From positions 8,122,001-8,186,000 of the forward strand of contig OU015567.1 in the NCBI GenBank assembly GCA_907165135.1: DNA of 64,000 bases, read 5' to 3'. The DNA comes from Oikopleura dioica. Taxonomy: Eukaryota > Animalia > Chordata. The notes under the pieces were generated by a model. The model was given only the letters and a program-made list of their open reading frames with translations, had not been told where the DNA came from and made no database searches. Within the stretch, counting starts at the first letter, position 1; every line of letters begins with the position of its first letter. Shown here piece after piece: positions 52,590-64,000 of the stretch. A program made the translations under genes and the position numbers.

Positions 52590-54400
52590 ATGCGGAACGG
52601 ATTTGAGAGAGATTTCAAAAGATGGGATGGCTTCACTTCATCGAGCAGTCCATCCACTGAGAAGGTAAGAGAAGGGTTGATAAAAAAGGGTTGGACTCAA
52701 GGTGAATTTTAGCCCTGATCTGGAGTGCGTCCAAATTCTGCTGGAAGAGGGAGCAGATGTGAACTTGCAGACGAGCAAAGGATCCACGTCCCTGCATTTG
52801 CTCTTCAAGGGAACAGAGGAAGAATCGATCTCCGTCATTCTGGACTTGTTTCTTCAAAGTTCCGTTGATTTGTCAATCAAGGACGAGAGCGGCTACGAAG
52901 CGGTTCACTATCTCTACCAGAACCAAAAGCTTCCGGACTTCTTCAAAGCAGATTTGGTCAAAAAACTCATTGGCGCTGGATCAGGTCACGTGTCTGAGGA
53001 GCTGCCTTGGATGGCGATCGACTTGCCTTTTTTCGAAAAACGGTTGGAGCTGCTCCCGGGGCCGCCGATTCCAGCTGCGATCAAGGCCGTTTTCGAAGGG
53101 GAAAAAGACCGTTTTGAGAAAATCAAGATTGTCGACTGCCTCCAGAACGCAACGACATTGAAAGAGCAGCTGGACCAGTGCCAGGGAAATATTTTGAAGA
53201 TCAACGAAAAAAACAAGGAGGAGGAGCAGCGAAAGAAAAATGAGCAAGAGTCGAAAATAGCGAGTTTAGAAACGGCGCTCAATGATGCTAAAACTAAAGA
53301 AAAAGAGATGATCCAAAAGGTAATATATTAGATAAAAGAATAAAAAATAATTATTTTCAAGGCGACAGAGAGGGAAAACGAGTTAGAAGAAAAGGCGAAG
53401 ATGGTCGAGAGCAAGATGCGTGCGATTTTAGAGAAGCAAAAGGAAGAAAATATCATTTATGAAAATGATTTATCATTATACAAGGCGTCGTTCGAAGAAG
53501 AAAGAAAAAAGGCTGAATTATTAGCGGATGAAGTGGCCTCCCTCAATTCGAAAATCGAGGCACTTGGAAATGTTACATGCGAGAACAAGAAAGAAAACGC
53601 GACGGCAGCTTGTCCTGCTGTAGCCGTCGTTTCGAATGAACTTGCGGATGAAAGGATCGAACAACTGAAAATGGAGAAGAGAAAAATAATTGCCTTCATA
53701 ATTCAGGTAGAAAATATTATTAGAGATTCAGATCAACTCATGACTCTTTTTAGATCCTGATCATTTATGCCGCGTGGAAAGTAGGAAAAAGATGCTTTAG
53801 AAAGAAACCAGAACCTGGCTTTTCTGATATTCCCTCCGAACTCACAAAGGTAATCATCATTTTTTGAGTCTTCTTGACAATATTTTTTAGCATATTGAGC
53901 AGCTAGAGCGAGTAGTTGAATACAACCGTGGTCTTCAAGGAGCGATGAACATCTCTCTTGAGCGAAAAGATGCAAAGATCAGAGACTTGCAGCGAACAAT
54001 CGACGAGTCCGGCTTGTTCGACGAATCTGCTGAATCAGAAAATCCAACGTCGACTGAGGACTACTCAACTGATTCCCTGGTAAATCCTCGTTTCATCTGA
54101 CTATCCTGATTTTTTATTCAGCGAGTCATTGCTGGATCGAATTAAGACGACGAGTACCAATCACAAATTTAACTTCAACTTCAGAAAGTTCAAGAAACCA
54201 CATTTTAGAGTAATTTCACTGCTTCATTTTTAACTGCCAAAATAAAAAAATCTCCACTTAAATTTCCCATGATTTGTCTCTTTTCAGTGCAATCAAGGAA
54301 GAGAACAGCTACTTCCAGATAAAGAAAAAGGTCAGAAGCAAGACCAGAATTGATGGAACAGCGTTCATTCCATGACTGTCGCAGGGCCAATCCTAGATTA
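52590..54400 (+). CDS. Ankyrin-repeat and coiled-coil protein (ends not resolved)
   Basis: Ankyrin motifs DGMASLHRAV, VQILLEEGADVNLQTSKGSTSLHLL and KDESGYEAVHYL, followed by Glu/Lys-rich heptad exons (53150-53760). Confidence 0.65.
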
Positions 54401-55033
54401 AAAGATAAGAATTCATTCGATTGTTAATATTTCGAGATACCATCTCGCAGTTCTCAACTCGGTCGAATTTCTTCTGCCAGGCTCCGTTTCTCAGAGTCAG
54501 AATATCTTCCTGCAAGCAGAAACCGTTTGTTCCGGCCTGTGTGATCAAATGTTGCTTCAGGTAGTCGCAGATTTAGGATGAAAATTTTTCGAAAAATTTT
54601 AGCAAGAAATTCCATGATCGACATTTGCATTTGATAACTGAATAGCTTTACATAATTATTTTAACATCCCTGGTTCAATCCAAGAGTTTTTTCTGCAGTT
54701 GAGTCAAGGAACTCTCCCGTGGATCTCTGCATGGCCACTTTGGCTATGAAAATGATGATGAGTGAATAAGAAAGTTGTTAAATTTACCATTCGGCATGGG
54801 TAAATATGTTGGTACTTGGGGTTTTCTTCCTCAAAAACATCAAGGTAATCGGTGAAAAGAGGGCGACATTCCTCTTCTTTGATGCGCATCTGCTCCTCCC
54901 AAGAGTGTTTCTTGCAGAAGTCCTCCGCATAAACGATAGTTCGGAAGAGAGTATGCGCATCGGAACACTTCTTGGGTATCATCGTATCGTAAGGTATCCA
55001 ATCCTCGGTGAAATGTCCCGGTTTATAAGCCAT
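54309..55033 (-). CDS. Unknown Cys-containing protein with C-terminal hydrophobic tail; 5' end uncertain
   Basis: ORF 54704-55033 plus exons LKQHLITQAGTNGFCLQEDIL...ENCEM and DWPCDSHGMNAVPSILVLLLTFFFIWK* (TAG at 54309-54311). Confidence 0.5.
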
Positions 55034-56218
55034 AGTCTCTAATAAAACCTCTTAATGAAAGAAATCTCTTTTAAAGTATACCGTTTAGTTCTGGCTCCGT
55101 AAAAGAATAGTCACTAAACGATCTCTCAAAGTGGAGAAATAAGTTTTCGCCCTTTTAGAAAATCCAGTTGACCTTTGCCGCAGAAATATGATGGGTCCGA
55201 AACTAACGGTTCTCTCTTCCTTGAATTTTTATCATAAATTGAAATCAACAAGGATTATATTTTCAAAAAGTCAAATTCTAAGACTCAAAATGTTTTGTTA
55301 TGAAAAATTAAAAATATAAACTCTTCCTTGATTTCAGTTAACGAAGTCGGCGGCATTTCAAAGTCCGAACGAGAGTTATTCAGAGTAAGAGAGATTCCAT
55401 TTGCAAGAAAAGTGAAACTATCAATTTATTCAGATTGAGATACCACTATAGTCAAAAATAAAACGTCTCGGCGTTCCAGCGATGTAAAAATTACTCCGCA
55501 ATTTCCGCGGTTACACGTCAAATGAAGACAAAAGAGTTAACAAATATGTGCAAAAACATAAGTTCTACAGAGCAATAAAAACCTACCATTCACCAGTTTT
55601 TTCACATTCTCGTTTCTAAAGAAATGCATTGATTTCAAGCTAACATTATAGACAGTGAGTAAAAACTGCTTCTACTGTTGATGTTGATTGCTTCATTTCA
55701 GAATATGTCTGCAAGTCGGGTCTCCCATGTAACATGCGGTATGTTTTAGTAAAATATCTCAAAAAAGTTTTTATGGTTTCGCAAAAGCTCAGCAACATGT
55801 TTCTTGGCCAGATTATTTATCACCGTTAGAATGAAAATTCACCGCAGACACATCTTGGTTCTCTTTTGACCTAGATTTCTCCCAGCGTCGTTAAAAGTGT
55901 TCTTTTATTTTCTTCCCATTTTTCATTGAGGGCTTCTAAAGTAGATTTCTAATCAAAACTGACCTCCATCTATCAATTCTTAACGTCCCAAGCCTAATGT
56001 TAAGATTCCGTGCGTCTCTCAAAAACCCATCGTGCCATGGCATTTTAATTGACAAATTGGACAAATAGCGCAATCTTGCAGGTGGCATTTAGCTCTAGGA
56101 CGAGAATCCATCTCAAAGAATCAGTTGCTGAGGCACAGTGACTCCCCGTTCCCACAAAACAAGAAACAGACAAATTCAGGCTTCTACGTCGCGCTGATTC
56201 GCTATTTATTTACTGTAT

Positions 56219-59200
56219 TTACTCTTCAAATTCATAGATATGTCTATCATATCTTTGATTATTCTCCAATCGATTGAAAACCTCGCAGACTTCCGAGTTT
56301 AGTCTAACCTCCGTTTTGATTCCTCCAAGCTAAAAACGCATTTTTCGAAACACTCTTCCTTGATTTCAATTAATTTCACCTGATATCGGGCAACTAGCTG
56401 GCTCGACAAATTATACTCTGGCCAGAGCATTTGTCCCGTTTTCATAAATTCTAAATATGCAATTTGCATTTGGCGCGATAGTTCAAGGGCTTCTTCTGAT
56501 GGATCGAAATTTGGAATGTCCGGAAAAACTTGGGAAAGTCTTTTTTCCGGGGCTTTCTTTGTGATTTCTTCGTTACGAAATACTAACCACTCAATGGAAA
56601 GCCTTGCCTGTCAAAAGAACCGAAGAGATAGTAGAGCTCTACGCCGTGACAAGCTCCTTCGTCACATCCTTCAAAACCCGTCTCGTTAAATGCAACAGGA
56701 GATGGCGCCTCCATCTGATAAAGCCACAAATTTGAATCTCGATTTTGCAACATGTATCGATTTCCACAGTCGAAAATGTATTCGGAGAAAATTCTCGCAA
56801 CAGTCACTTTAAAAACGGGTTCAAAAAGAAGTCAGTTTTTATTGTGCGTTTTAAAGTCGTCTTTGAACCCAAGCTGTGTTGTCTCCAAATTCATCGAGTG
56901 GATAGAGTTCCAAAAGATCGTTCGTTATTTCATTGCTCGAGTGGGTTTTTTTAGAAATGATAATAAATCAATTTTGTGTAATATTTCAGATCCTCGAGTA
57001 AAGCTGAACATGGCAGTCCGGAACTTAACGTTTCCTCAAGATTTTATCGCCTAGTGATTTGTCTACGGCGGCCAGTTGTCATTCTAAGAAGAGCTTAGAT
57101 CGACTGATTGAGGTTCTAAGATAAATTTCGAAACCCATCACCAAATGCAGCGGAAAGAAGTCTTTCCGCCTGTTCTTTACTGGTGCCATTTGGGAAAACC
57201 GCGGCGATCCATCCAAGTGGGTCCTCCCGATTCCAGCCGACGAGCATTGGCGCGTCCGATGTTTTCCCAGCGAAAATCGCACTTGCTGAATTTTCAAACT
57301 TGAAAATGACGTCTTCTCCGGCGACGGTGAAATTAACCGCTGGGCGGTCAGACACGGGCCTAAACGGTTCCACCAGAGCACCAAGCCCATCTGTCCAGAA
57401 ATTCGGAATCGTTACCGCTTCTGTCGCGTTTTTCAACTCTTCCGTTGACAGTCCTCTCAGACATCTCCAAACATTCAAACTTGAAGTAGAAATTGAAATT
57501 GAGTTATTTTCGTGACTAATTTTCGTTCATTACTTGTCACGACATTCTGTATCGCGAAGAAATCGTTCACCGAAAGCGTAGTAATCTTCTTTCAAAGCAC
57601 CATGTGGCGGAAGAAGTGCTGGGCCGGAGTTTGCGATGAAGTTCTTGATCATTTTCGATGATTTTGACCACTTTGTAAATGCTTATTACTAGATTATTTC
57701 AAGCTGTTGTTTCCGGTCATTAAAAACGGTTAGAAACCGTCTTTTGTGTCGACGTCTATCCGACAAAATCTGGCTTGAATTAACCAGGTTAGCTTTTTGT
57801 CAATTCGCGCATTTTCCTGAGCGTGAGTAAAGACTGATTGTCCTCCAGCAGATTGACCCATCAGTGTAATTTGCTCGTTGTCTCCTCCGAAATAGTGGAT
57901 GTTCTCGTAAACCCACTCGATCGCCGCATTTTGATCGTGAACCCCGAAGTTGCCGTGAACTCCATCTTCGTTGGCAATATCTTAATCTGGCTCCAAAAGC
58001 TCCATATTCCCTTATCACAGTATCCCGCAGAGCTCGTTGCACGGTGGTTATTATCAACATAATTGCCAGTCCAAATTTACCGCGCGAAATAAACGAAGCT
58101 CTAATTCTAATCAACTCTGACCCAGTATCGATGAACGTTGCAATCATTCATTGTAATTATTCAATTTGGCTACAATTTAGTAACTTCCGACGCCCGGACG
58201 TAAAAACAGATAAGAATTACGCGCGAGTGGGCTATGGAACACGTCGAATATCTACTTGTAGCGCAAAGCAGGATTTTGGAGCCAAGATTATCTAATCCGA
58301 GGTATCCGAACGAGTTGAGACGGTAATTAAAGTTCACGATGATCAGGTCAGGAAAATTGCTTATCTGACAAAGTTCAGCAATTTTACGTTTTTCCAGAAA
58401 AGTGTTTGATAAGAATCTCCGAAGATTGTAAAAATTGTTGAACCCTTGACCCAATTGGTCGGCTGCCACGGAGGAAAGTCGCCATAACCGGCTGCTAGCC
58501 CGCCGCCATGGTTGAACATAAGGACTCACGCACGTGATCATTTATCGCTGGTCAACGGGCACTCGACAGAACTTGGTGGACAAAGGGATTGGATTTCTTA
58601 AATACGAGTGCGCGAACCCTTAACCCTTCTAAAACCCTAGAAACCCTAGAAACTATCGAAATTCGAAACGAAAATCTGTCATTAATGTTTCATCTACTCA
58701 TTCAAATAATGAATTAAGGCTTTCACAACGATAGGCCGTTAAAAATTGCGGTTTTTTTATCCCCTAGACTCTAGGGCCTAGAGGAAATTATAGTTAGATC
58801 ACTTGACTGGTAATTTCTCAGCTGACGGCTCCACTGGTTTGTAGATATTTAGATACAAGCAATCTTCAGACTGCATTTCAGACGGCACAAGCGTATTCGA
58901 TTGTATGCACGCGACAGAGCCCTTAGTAAAAGTTTGTTATCGCAGGTGCGCATAGGTTACGTGATAGAGCTATCTCTCCCCGCTTATTACTATTTTTTCA
59001 AGAGTTAAAGTAGCTGGATATCCAATGAACAAGAACCACAAATTAAAAATTACGACATTTTGAAAATTTTGAAAGTTACAACTTTAGATCGTTATTGCGG
59101 TCACCAATTTGCAATGTCGGCCAAATAAATTCAATTCTTGTTATTCTTACAAACTTTGTTAGTCGTAAATCATTTATTTACGGGGTTCTCCAAGTGATGG

Positions 59201-59420
59201 CCTTTAGTACACCAGATGGGCTGGGTTTATTTTCGACAAATTCTAAGTTGATTTGAAATATTTAATAATTCAATATTTGCACCAATTTATTCGTATTTTG
59301 ACGAGAATTTTAGCTTTAGAAATTGTTGATTCTGATCTGACCTGATTATTTGAAATTTTGGAAAGATCCTTCGGTTCACTTGGTAGTCGAAATCGAAGGT
59401 TGTCGATCGGCGCTAGAAAC
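56219..59420 (-). CDS. Type-B carboxylesterase / cholinesterase-fold lipase, multi-exon; start not resolved
   Basis: Motifs in canonical order: [21 protein letters not shown] (~58850), [39 protein letters not shown]...GQSAGG (nucleophile), GWNRED, and CHGVEL (His). Stop at 56219-56221. Confidence 0.9.
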
Positions 59421-60290
59421 AAAGATAAGTACGTGGTTGATTTGTGGAAGGAATTAAGCACTGCTAATCAGGATCAGCTTTGTTACGTGGTTAACAAGCG
59501 TTATCACGACTTTGTTGTATTTTAACAACGCTTATCGGTAGAAGAATGATAAGAGATGGTACTCTTTTTCCTTGTTTGTCTTCAATGTTATCAGTCTATT
59601 TTTCGGTGGACGACGCCTCACTAGTTCGACAGAAACAGAGAAAATGGTAAACGTGGCGTCCTAGAAAACTAAGAGTGTAGACAGGGTCTTCTTTTGGTTT
59701 CGGTAAATAAGGGCGCCACTATTTTAACACTGGGCTTCCTTACAAAAATTTGTCAATGGCTATCTGTTACTAGAATTTGAAAAATTTTGACGAAGAGCTG
59801 TAATGTAATCACGGTATATTCTTATCGTAAACAATTTAAAATTTGCCCCTCCTTCCGAGTTTTAAACGAGTCGTTTCATAAGAAGCCGCGGAAATCGGAG
59901 CAAGGGATGATCTTTTTCCGAAAAGTCGCGACCGTGTGTGAAGGCAGACGTGGAATATTGCTGCTGCTGCTTTTTATTCTGAGCTTTTCGTTCAGCCGAA
60001 GATACGATGCGCTTCCGGGCTATTCCGGGAAGACAAAGTGCCACTGCCGCTTTTTTGGAGTGGTCAAGAAGGGTCAACTCATGTTGATAGTTATTAAGAG
60101 CACGTCATTTCGTAAGACGAAAAATTCTAGGGGCGGATCCGAAGGAGGAGATCGAAGCTTCGACCTCGCATAACTTATAATAAGTAAGCCTACCTTTTGC
60201 GAATGGAATTTTTCTTTACAAAGAGTTTTGCATTTTAAAAAGTTCGAGAAGCTAGAATCGCTGAATAAGATGAACCCCTTGCATCAGATT

Positions 60291-60827
60291 CTAGGAAAGA
60301 AGTCTAAACAGATGCGACTCAACAAGAAAGTCTGCTGATTTTTGAGATAAATCCGTGAAATTCGCGAAATTATCCGCTTCCCCATTCGTGTTGGGAAACT
60401 CTTTCCTGTAAACTTCCACATTTGGCCCATCAAAAATCCCTCGCCAGCCAGCATTGTCGTCCTTTTTGACCACTGGTCTGTTCGCTAAATAATTTTCGAC
60501 GAAGCTTTCTAGTGCAGAAATGAGCTTCAGTTGCTGAATGGGTTGGTTGGCTTCCTCCTTTGTTGAGTCCATAAAAACACCGAATGCGTAATTAGTTTTC
60601 GTATACGCCCAGTCGAGAATCGATCCTTAATGAATTCACTAAAGAATTTTAAGAGTTTTTGAAAGTTTTTTTAAGTAGAAATATCGGCCATCCTGTGTTT
60701 GGGAAAAGTTACGTAGGTCCTTGATTTGTTGAACCGCGATAGTCCGAGGCCCTTGGCGCCTCAAGCTGACCTCCTGCCGAGCTACTGATAAGCGAGCTGC
60801 CTTGTCAAAAGTTGGAAAAGGTGTCAT
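60291..60827 (-). CDS. Probable coding exons of an unidentified gene
   Basis: Two adjacent open frames (60639-60827, 60291-60572) with coding-like composition. No family recognised. Could be a continuation of the M14-like gene. Confidence 0.3.
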
Positions 60828-61649
60828 TTAGTGAAGAAGATTCTTGAGAAGAGCTTCATAGCTCTGTGGGGAAGATAAATTTAGTAAATTGCCGGCTTAT
60901 GGGTGGATAGACGCGTATTGGCAATACGGTATTTCGGCTGTAGTAGAGACTGCACTTTGTTATTGAAAAATGTTTTCGCGAGCTTAACGAGGTCATGCTG
61001 TCTGTTGAAAAATTTGAAAGGGTATTATGATAGCTCTTTAATTTTTCAAAGGGAAATTTCTTCAAAGAAAATGTTTCATAAGCCCCGTGGGTTTTGCTTA
61101 AAATAAACCCCGCTATTTTCACTTGTTTAAACCTCCAATATTTCGAGAAAACACGAAAGCTAAAAAGTATAGAAACCGTTCAAAGCATAAACTGCATAAT
61201 TCTCCCTTGGGAAATTCGAAATTTCAATTATTGATGTCCCCGGCTACGTCATATCCTTTAACCTCTGAAAAGCGCGAAAACAAACAAAAACTTGCGTTTG
61301 AAATTTAAACGCATGTTAATTCTTGTCTCAGAAGGAAGCTCGTAGACGAGGGCGATGTTTGGTATGGCATCAAAGTTTTATGAGATTTTTAAAGGCCACC
61401 CTTAGACAGCGGTTAGAAAGACTTTTGAAGCTGTTTTGGAAAAAACAAAAATGGGTTTATAACAGCCCAACCCAGGATGCCTGAGAAACTGAAGTTTAAC
61501 CTGGTCGCATACACGACCCCGTGACAGCTTTGAAATACTGTTTTAGAGACGAGTTATCCATTAGTTAAGAAGTAATCTAAAAATAACAGCCTTGGACTCC
61601 GACTTGGAATCATTCGTCGCGTGCACCACTGCGGTTGAACTTCCGAATT

Positions 61650-64000
61650 ATTACCATTTCAAAAGACCCTCATTTACCAGGATTATGAGTAGCTTCGTAA
61701 TCCAAAGCTTCCACGGCTTGGTATCGATCGCCAGAAGACGTGGTCATGAATCTAGCAATCCCCTCCGCCGCTGTTTTCACATCTTTTAGATCTTCATGTC
61801 TAAAATAAAATTGTAAAAATAGAAAAAAAGTGAAACATTGCAAAACTAATCGCCGCCTGTCGCAATTGGATTCAATTTCGACATGGTCCCAGATGCGGTC
61901 TTAGTACCAACGCGATTCACGCTCAATCCGACTTTCGCCCTGCCCGAGAAAGACTTGAAAGAGTTCCGAAACAAGATCTTACAAGGAAACAGTACAGCTC
62001 ATCGTAAAGATAAGGAGGTACTTTTAAGTCGAATTTTAAAGAACATCCGCAAAAATGGACCAGCTCATTTTTTGACGGTCAGCAAAATGGTCAAGTCCTT
62101 ACTGGATGTTCTCATACACGGTACTTCTCGAACCAAAAATATTTCCGAGACAAGACAGTGTATTTTCAGCTTTAGATCTGAAAAGCTTTTCTTTCAAAAA
62201 GAATGCAAAGATGCCGTGTTATTCGGGAATATTTTGTTACATAGAAAAAAAATTATAAGCCTTTATCTCCTTGAATTACGGCGTCTTACTCTTCTTTTGG
62301 CAGACTTATGCACTCAAAATTTGCAAATGGCCAGCGATTTCCAACGAGCTCGAGCAGTAAATCCGATTGCGATAAGTTCGAGATAGAGGGATGAAAACAG
62401 GCGGCTACTTACTCGTTGCTCAGATAAGACGTAGTAAATGGGAACACCACTTTATCTCCCTCGTCCATGACGGAGAAAAACGCATCGAAGGCTTAATCAA
62501 TGGCGTTAACGACTTTCAAAGGGTTTTTTAAGGGCTTTGGTCGTAAGGTGCGATTTCTGAACAAAAGTTTCTCACAAACTCTCAGACAGATTCACAAAAT
62601 TTAATTTCGTTAATTCGGCTGTTGAGTGCATAATCTACTCAATAAACAAAGTAAACTAGTTTTGGCCATTTCCTGAAACACTAAGGAGTGCTTGAGTTTC
62701 CTCTTCCGATGCTCCAGTAGTTCCTTCAAATGTTTATTATTCCATCGATGTCATTATCCTTACCAGAAAAGTCTTGCCCACATGAATTGACGTTATTGAA
62801 AAAATGGACTGGCTTGAATAGTTGTAATGTCAATTAAACTGTTTTAAACAAACACTCGATGCTTACAAAATTATGCATAATATTCACTCCATCGCATCCA
62901 ATGTTAGAAGCCTTTCGATTCTTCCTCCAGTTTGAATCGACCGATCTAAAAATTTTGATTAAAATTTCGAGTACTTTTTCCTTATCGAGCATCAGATCAC
63001 TAAAAGAGGTAGAAAACACCGCTTTAAAAAGATAAAAATTTGCTAAGCGGATACTGTAAACAATGCCCAACCCAGCGGTTCGAGTGATAAGAAGATTATA
63101 TCGCCGTTTTGAGCTGCTTGAAACTGGTGGAGTCAGCAAAATGGCAAACTTACTTGACACTGTTCTTCAGAAAATTTAGTTGTGTATGTCCACAAGCCGG
63201 ATTTTTGGCGAACGTTGCTCGAAAAAGTTAACATACTGACACCCTTAAGGTAAAGTGGACGAAGTTTTTTTATTTCATAAAAATTGTCTTCAATCAACTT
63301 CCGCAAAATTGTAATAATCGGTAGTTCTTTGTCAACGTGAATTACTGGTACTAGAAAACAGATTTCTACTTGTAGATAAACCGATAAACCAGACGAAGAT
63401 ATGTTGCGCATGGCCTTACATCCCGTGAATACCACAGTCATAGCCGAAAAAGCAGTCTGCATTAATAGGGGCTCAGAAGCTGTCATGACTTACTTGGAAT
63501 ATTCGTATCCATCTGGATTCAATTTTGGAATGATGGTCCAATCCACCTGTTGCGAGGTAAAAAAACAGTGTCTCTTAGACAGTTTCGACTAACGTTTGTT
63601 GACTTATCGGATGGAGCTGACCCTCAGGAAGAGGGTTGATCCAGTGCCACTCGACCGGGGCGGAGTTCTAACCGCGGTTAGCTCATGTTTATTATACCTT
63701 TCCTGGCTGAGTGACGATGTTTCGGAGTCGCTACTACTCAAATACGTAACTTTCAAGTGCTCAAACATCTTTTTACCCTTCAAACTCCCTTCAAAGAACC
63801 GAAAAGACAAAAAAAAAGCCGAGTTCACTTTCCTAAGCTCTCGCAAAAAGCAACAGCATTCCAATCGTTGCCCTGCGAGCCGCATTCTACAACAACGTGC
63901 GCAGGATCGGTCGATACAGATCTCGCAGGAAGCTTATGGGCTAGTATTGGGCGGCCTTCGAAGGTATTTCCCAAAAGAACTTCCTCGGCACTCACCGCAG
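61650..64000 (-). CDS. M14 metallocarboxypeptidase-like protein, probably catalytically dead; runs off the window end
   Basis: Exons in canonical order: LGNTFEGRPILAHK...VVVECGSQGNDWNAVAFC (~63850-63990), VDWTIIPKLNPDGYEYS (~63490-63545), SCGQDFSG|TTGASEEETQAL (~62670-62800), and FDAFFSVMDEGDKVVFPF (~62430-62490). Confidence 0.75.

Noticed and set aside
63375-63440. DCGIHGM*GHAQHIFVWFI on the minus strand resembling a second HxxE motif
   Set aside because: It lies after NPDG (wrong order), is interrupted by a stop, and no phase-compatible splice uses it. Treated as chance or unresolved.

Overview
Eukaryotic, intron-dense, compact genome. Introns of about 40-160 bp with many GA-AG and GC-AG boundaries point to an appendicularian tunicate such as Oikopleura (inference). 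The first 15 kb hold the RNA polymerase II largest-subunit gene (RPB1/POLR2A, +, 758-14898, about 22 introns, about 30 CTD heptads), preceded by a 3'-truncated near-identical duplicate (1-~345). The main observation is a 6.2-kb non-coding foldback transposon (5916-12107; 8-bp TSD AATATAAC, TAGG...CCTA ends, ~1.2-kb arms plus mirrored 57-bp satellite arrays) inserted in a conserved RPB1 coding exon. Its own termini supply a GC donor and an AG acceptor that would remove it and restore the frame with 5 extra residues, i.e. a candidate giant orientation-independent introner. The rest of the window contains an LRR transmembrane protein gene, several MITEs, a small Cys-rich secreted protein, an inverted paralogue pair, a divergent B-type cyclin, a trypsin-like protease with a GPI-like tail, an ankyrin/coiled-coil protein, a type-B carboxylesterase and an M14 carboxypeptidase-like protein lacking its zinc ligands. 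Three single-base homopolymer frameshifts suggest long-read consensus errors. All gene models were built by hand from homology I recall, not from searches, and need RNA-seq confirmation. About 21-31 kb and 40-49 kb could not be annotated confidently.
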